64,000 nucleotides of DNA from an uncultured Acidobacteriota bacterium (GTDB lineage Bacteria > Acidobacteriota > Blastocatellia > RBC074). Numbering within the stretch: position 1 is the first letter of the stretch; each line of letters starts with the position of its first letter. The position numbers and the translations under genes are program-made. Below the pieces are notes generated by a model. That model was not told the origin of the DNA. It saw only the letters and a program-made list of their open reading frames with translations, and did no database searches. Where the stretch lies: contig CAWCKY010000006.1 in assembly GCA_963796275.1 (NCBI GenBank), positions 2,048,001-2,112,000 of the forward strand, read 5' to 3'. Below are positions 59,661-64,000 of this stretch, piece after piece.

Positions 59661-60221
59661 GTGAGAAGAGAAACGGATGAAGAACTTCAAGGTCGGAATG
59701 TGTTGAGCATTCTGCGCAAGCGCGCGGTAATCATCATTGCATTACTGATCCTCGTCGTAGCCGGCGCCGCGGGCCTCTGGCTTCTACGCGGCTTTCCGCG
59801 CGCTGAAAGTTCGAACCTCAACGCGCCGCCACTGATTGCCGGGCAACCTCCCGGGCAAACTTCATCCGCGGGGCAAGTTTCAGGTGAAGTTAAAAATGGG
59901 CAGAAAAATCCGGCCGTCTCGAGATCTCGGCTATCATCTAAATCCAATCAGGTTAGCGTGCAATCGGTAACGATCACTCTCAGCAATAGAGGTTACCAGC
60001 CTGACAACTTCACCTTACAAAAAGGCGTTCCGGCGCGCGTCACGTTCGTTCGCACCGACGACAATATTTGCGGAGCCGAGATCGTAATATCTGAATACAA
60101 CATAAAGCGCGAACTACCGCTAAACCAGCCCGTAGTCGTCGAGTTTACACCTGCGAAAACCGGCGATTTCAAATTTGCCTGCGGGATGGACATGATGAGT
60201 GGCAAAATTATTGTGCAGTAA
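59661..60221 (+). CDS. Membrane-anchored cupredoxin-domain protein (CupA-like)
   Basis: N-terminal TM; GYQPD..GVP..F; terminal FACGMDMMSGKIIV; GAGGAG RBS. Confidence 0.85.
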   Translation: MRRETDEELQGRNVLSILRKRAVIIIALLILVVAGAAGLWLLRGFPRAESSNLNAPPLIAGQPPGQTSSAGQVSGEVKNGQKNPAVSRSRLSSKSNQVSVQSVTITLSNRGYQPDNFTLQKGVPARVTFVRTDDNICGAEIVISEYNIKRELPLNQPVVVEFTPAKTGDFKFACGMDMMSGKIIVQ

Positions 60222-60250
60222 TGTTGCGTCACTGGCGCTCACAATTCTGC

Positions 60251-60847
60251 TCAACTGTTTTGTAATTCACGCCAACCGACTTTCCGCAACCATTGCTGAT
60301 ATTCATGCTCTCGTCTGGCCCGCGTCTCAGGGGCAGGCGGCTCGCTCCAGCCTGCTTGATTCAGCTGTTCGGCGAGTGACTCGAGGCCGACAGCCTGGCG
60401 TCTTTCGTCTAGCTTCTCGGGCTCTTCTATCTCGCAAGGGGTGGGCCAACCATCTTCCCCGATCTCAAACTGCGTGGCGTACCGCTGGGGCTTTCCTTCG
60501 AAAACTCTGATACGGTCTTCGAGATATGCGGCCTGCCATGCCGGGACATCACCGGCAGCGGCTGCATTTTGCAACAACACAAGACACATGCGCTGAAAGG
60601 GCGGTTCACCGATAGCGTGCTGAGCGATGAGCCATGCGGCCTTTGCGCCATCCGCTCCGGCCAGATGATGTCCCGGCCACCCGTGCGCATCTATGATCGC
60701 GCGCAACCGTGCGGCGTTGCGACGATGAACTTCTTCCATTCGGGGATGATAGCCATCGAATAGAGATCCATCGGCAGCCAGTTCGGCTCGCACGCGAAGG
60801 TCTTCTTCTTCCATAAACAAAAGCTCATCTCGGAGCTGTTTGGTCAT
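60251..60847 (-). CDS. DUF6624-like protein
   Basis: IIDAHGWPG; AAWLIAQHA; [15 protein letters not shown]; [10 protein letters not shown]. Confidence 0.8.
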   Translation of the reverse strand: MTKQLRDELLFMEEEDLRVRAELAADGSLFDGYHPRMEEVHRRNAARLRAIIDAHGWPGHHLAGADGAKAAWLIAQHAIGEPPFQRMCLVLLQNAAAAGDVPAWQAAYLEDRIRVFEGKPQRYATQFEIGEDGWPTPCEIEEPEKLDERRQAVGLESLAEQLNQAGWSEPPAPETRARREHEYQQWLRKVGWRELQNS

Positions 60848-60870
60848 TTTCTTCCTCAGGTCATTCCTCG

Positions 60871-60905
60871 GTGCCCCGTGCCCCGTGCCCCGTGCCCCGT
60901 GCCCC
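60871..60905. repeat. Heptamer microsatellite (GTGCCCC)x5
   Basis: Five perfect copies between the ECF sigma stop and the DUF6624 start. Confidence 0.95.
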
Positions 60906-60910
60906 GGGTT

Positions 60911-61489
60911 TCAGCTGGTGCCGGCATCTTTGCTCAACTCGCGCCGCAACCAGGCTTTTGCCAGCGTCCATTCGCGCCTCACGGTGGTCGGTGAAATCCC
61001 CAGCAATTCGGCGGTCTCTTCGATGCTCAGCCCGCCGAAATACCGCAGCTCTACGATTCGGCTTTTGCGCGCGTCTAGTTCGGCCAGCGTACTTAGCGCC
61101 TCATCCAGTTCGACCAGGCCCGAATCGCTCGGATGAGTCAATATGAGTGCTTCATCGAGAGCAACCTTTGTTTGTCCGCCTCCGCGTTTATCCCGCCGTT
61201 TGGCGCGTGCGTGATCGACCAGTATGTGGCGCATGACCTGGGCGGCCAGCGCGAAAAAGTGCGCCTTATTTTGCCAATCGACTGGATTTTGACCGGCCAG
61301 CTTCAAGTAGGCTTCGTGAACGAGCGCAGTGGGTTGCAAGGTATGCCCGGTGCGTTCGGTTTGAAGCTGCCACGCGGCGAGCCGCCGCAGATCATCATAA
61401 ACCAGCTCCATCAACCTCTCGAACGCTTCTGCTCGCCCGTCGCGGTACTGATCGAGCAGCAGGCTGATCTCAGATGAGTTTGTTGACAT
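60911..61489 (-). CDS. ECF sigma factor, TIGR02999-like
   Basis: [16 protein letters not shown]; [19 protein letters not shown]; [19 protein letters not shown]; GAGGAG RBS. Confidence 0.93.
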   Translation of the reverse strand: MSTNSSEISLLLDQYRDGRAEAFERLMELVYDDLRRLAAWQLQTERTGHTLQPTALVHEAYLKLAGQNPVDWQNKAHFFALAAQVMRHILVDHARAKRRDKRGGGQTKVALDEALILTHPSDSGLVELDEALSTLAELDARKSRIVELRYFGGLSIEETAELLGISPTTVRREWTLAKAWLRRELSKDAGTS

Positions 61490-61520
61490 AACTCCTCAAA
61501 AATCGCTTGGAGTTCCTCGT

Positions 61521-62230
61521 TTGGAGTTCCGCGTTTACGCGGTCCTCCTTTCCGCATATGTTTCTGACCGCCTGAAGGCGGAACTCCAAACATCGCGCTT
61601 GAGAATTCGCTTGTAGTTCCGCGTTTACGCGGTCTTTTCATTCCGCACATGATGTTCTGACCGCCTGAAGGCGGAACTCCAAACATCGCGCTTGAGAATT
61701 CGCTTGGAGTTCCGCGTTTACGCGGTCCTCCTTTCCGCATATGTTTCTGACCGCCTGAAGGCGGAACTCCAAACATCGCGCTTGAGAATTCGCTTGTAGT
61801 TCCGCGTTTACGCGGTCTTTTCATTCCGCACATGATGTTCTGACCGCCTGAAGGCGGAACTCCAAACATCGCGCTTGAGAATTCGCTTGGAGTTCCGCGT
61901 TTACGCGGTCCTCCTTTCCGCATATGTTTCTGACCGCCTGAAGGCGGAACTCCAAACATCGCGCTTGAGAATTCGCTTGGAGTTCCGCGTTTACGCGGTC
62001 TTTTCATTCCGCACATGACGTTCTGACCGCCTGAAGGCGGAACTCCAAACATCGCGCTTGAGAATTCGCTTGGAGTTCCGCGTTTACGCGGTCCTCCTTT
62101 CCGCATATGTTTCTGACCGCCTGAAGGCGGAACTCCAAACATCGCGCTTGAGAATTCGTTTGGAGTTCCGCGTTTATGCGGTCTTTTCATTCCGTACATG
62201 ATGTTCTGATCGCCTGAAGGCGGAACTCCA
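61521..62230. repeat. BIME-like tandem REP array, 8 units alternating 90 and 93 bp
   Basis: Units start at 61521, 61611, 61704, 61794, 61887, 61977, 62070 and 62160; each has two inverted G(G/T)AG-footed REPs. Confidence 0.95.
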
Positions 62231-62341
62231 GGCGTTATCGCGTTTACTGAATGAATAATTTTCGTGGCAGAAAACCGCGGATTGAAGGTCTGCGCATAAA
62301 CGGCGCAGCCTATGCATTCCGCCGTTGACTGGCGAATTACC

Positions 62342-62419
62342 GGTCAACGGCGGAGCAGTATAAGCCGCAAGTAACACGTTGTCGAAGCCGGCGATCGCAA
62401 CATCTTCGGGAATACTCAA
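62342..62419 (-). pseudogene. LacI-family regulator C-terminal relic
   Basis: SIPEDVAIAGFDNVLLAAYTAPPLT. Confidence 0.7.
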
Positions 62420-62439
62420 TCATCCATGTAATGTGCCGG

Positions 62440-62690
62440 GTATCCGTCCGATCTTACCCCAGATTGCTGACGACCTCGGCTACGCCGACAAAGGCTCTCG
62501 TAACGCGCCATTACGTGGGTTCAAAGCGCAGACCTGGGAGAGCGGCGTCCGAGTTCATTTATCGTTCAATGGAAAGGAAAAATTCCGGAAGAAAGGTCCA
62601 GGCTGACCCGGTTATTCAGCTCGATGTTTGCCAACCGCATTGGCAGCGGCAGGATCCGAGATCAAATCGGAATGGAACTCGACGGGTCAA
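62440..62690 (+). pseudogene. Arylsulfatase relic, internally deleted and frameshifted
   Basis: ADDLGYAD joined to GSRNAPLRGFKAQTWESGVRV; then PVIQLDV and PTALAAAG in other frames. Confidence 0.7.
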
Positions 62691-62761
62691 CAATAAGTTC
62701 ATTTGAAATTGGTGGGGGAGGGAAGCTGATGAACATGCTAATACTAATGCAGGCTCATAAA

Positions 62762-62916
62762 TCGCAGAGGCGCAGAGAACGCTGAGGAAACGCAAAGGGG
62801 GAGTGAGAGAAGAGCGACATTGTGGGCTTCCTCTTCGTCTCAGCGTTTTCTCAACGTTCTCTGCGCCTATGCAACTAGGGCACTGGGGGCACAGGGGGCA
62901 TTGGGCACTGGGGCAC
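62762..62916. repeat. Short-tandem-repeat hairpin plus degenerate GGGGCAC repeats
   Basis: gcagaggcgcagagaacgctgag ... ctcaacgttctctgcgcctatgc, followed by five gggca(c/t) units. Confidence 0.75.
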
Positions 62917-63188
62917 TTTTATCGCCGATGCCACCCTCTTCTTATTTGGAGAATGTGCATCGGATTGAGCGATTAAGAAGGTTCACTGCTTTCAACGGCT
63001 ATTGGAATATATTTGAATCAGCAACTGCTGTTTTGACACGCAGCTCCTCGACCGGCGAGGGCACTATACGCCGGCCGTTGACGTTTAACTCCATTCAAAG
63101 TGCAATATTGGGACACGTTATTCATGATTTTTCGAACGCCTGAAAGCTCTCGCGAGCGGCAAGCATTCGCTCTTTCGATACTTTGATA

Positions 63189-63283
63189 AGCAAAGAGCGT
63201 GCCCAACCTAAATGCTGGATTTATGGCAGAGACGGATAAGCGAGTGGGTCGAATTACTCACTGGGTGGGGAAATTTGCTCACT
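63189..63283 (-). promoter_or_regulatory. sigma54 promoter with two tandem palindromic upstream sites
   Basis: TGGGCACGCTCTTTGCT (63205-63189); AGTGGGT-N6-ACTCACT and GGTGGGG-N6-GCTCACT, 21 bp apart. Confidence 0.6.
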
Positions 63284-63525
63284 CAGATGGATCCCAGCCG
63301 AGCACGATGCGATGCCCTGCGATGACCGGTTCCTAATGATCAGGGATCACCTGTTGGCCAGAGTCATCAGAACATTAACCGCGTGCTTAGTATTGCTCAG
63401 ATTGACAAGCCGGGCTCAATCGGCAGGTAGGAATATTTTGCATGACTTGCGGAAATTTCCTCATGATGGCGATCACGGACATTGTATAGCCATCAATCTC
63501 GCCAGACACAATGCCCTTCAGCGTT

Positions 63526-64000
63526 TCAGTCAGCTTCGGGCCGGTCGTCAAGCCGCAGCACCTCGTGTGGCAGGAGCGAGAACCTCAGATTCCCATTCTC
63601 GGGGGATATCTCATCGCTTTCTTTGGCGCGGAAAGCTTCCGGCGTCAACATCGCTTCCCTGAGATTCCCATGGTTCAATCGTTTCACCCACACGCGCTCA
63701 CCGGCAATGGCTAATCGCGCCACCTGATGGTCCGCCGTCAGATTCGCGATCAGCGTCCGCGTGCGTCTTGCATCACGCAATGTCAAACCGATGACTTTGA
63801 GAGCCTCACTCGACGGTGTGCGCAAAACCTCGCGATTTGCAAATTCTCCCACCTCGGCCAGTACGTGCCAGAGTGGAAAGACGGCGCCGGGAAGGGACGG
63901 AAATTTATCTGGAAGCGGCGAGCCGGTCTCATATTCCATTACGCCGCGCCATCCGGCCGTTTCGTAATAGGTGATGCTGCTCACCCCGCTCTCGGCCAGA
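63526..64000 (-). CDS. 3' end of a gene entering from the window edge; resembles the C-terminus of D-apionate lactonase-like proteins
   Basis: SITYYETAGWRGVM..VFPLWHVL..LIANLT; frame open to the edge; family call from memory only. Confidence 0.6.
   Translation of the reverse strand, partial: LAESGVSSITYYETAGWRGVMEYETGSPLPDKFPSLPGAVFPLWHVLAEVGEFANREVLRTPSSEALKVIGLTLRDARRTRTLIANLTADHQVARLAIAGERVWVKRLNHGNLREAMLTPEAFRAKESDEISPENGNLRFSLLPHEVLRLDDRPEAD

Noticed and set aside
61411-62199. 262-aa repetitive ORF across the array
   Set aside because: Open only because the 90- and 93-bp units are multiples of 3 without stops; it overlaps the sigma gene out of frame and has no clear RBS
61521-62230. 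CRISPR array
   Set aside because: Spacers are repeated rather than unique, repeats alternate in orientation, and there are no cas genes; it fits REP/BIME architecture

Overview
Gene-dense bacterial chromosomal segment with features typical of Acidobacteriota: six Oar-like TonB-dependent receptors (TBDRs) with N-terminal carboxypeptidase-regulatory-like domains, a duplicated orphan ABC permease and a TIGR02999-like ECF sigma factor. It holds about 30 CDSs, mostly secreted hydrolases and oxidoreductases, transporters and regulators. I recognised no rRNA, tRNA, CRISPR array or intact transposase. The best candidate for an undescribed system is at 24.3-33.1 kb (- strand). There, a 1021-aa protein fuses an ECF sigma factor, an HxxxCxxC zinc anti-sigma motif, a transmembrane helix and a large extracytoplasmic region. 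It ends 2 nt before a TBDR, which is followed by a secreted 7-bladed FG-GAP propeller. Other highlights: two amidohydrolase frameshifts that are both explained by the same T insertion into RGATCY (possibly a methylation-linked sequencing error); a 710-bp BIME-like REP array with a dispersed sister copy; nested palindromic MITE/REP elements; a Tat-exported oxidoreductase/TIM-barrel locus beside a TBDR; a probably leaderless HTH regulator with an operator; and a sigma54 promoter with no long downstream ORF. All family assignments come from motif recognition by eye. No database search was run.
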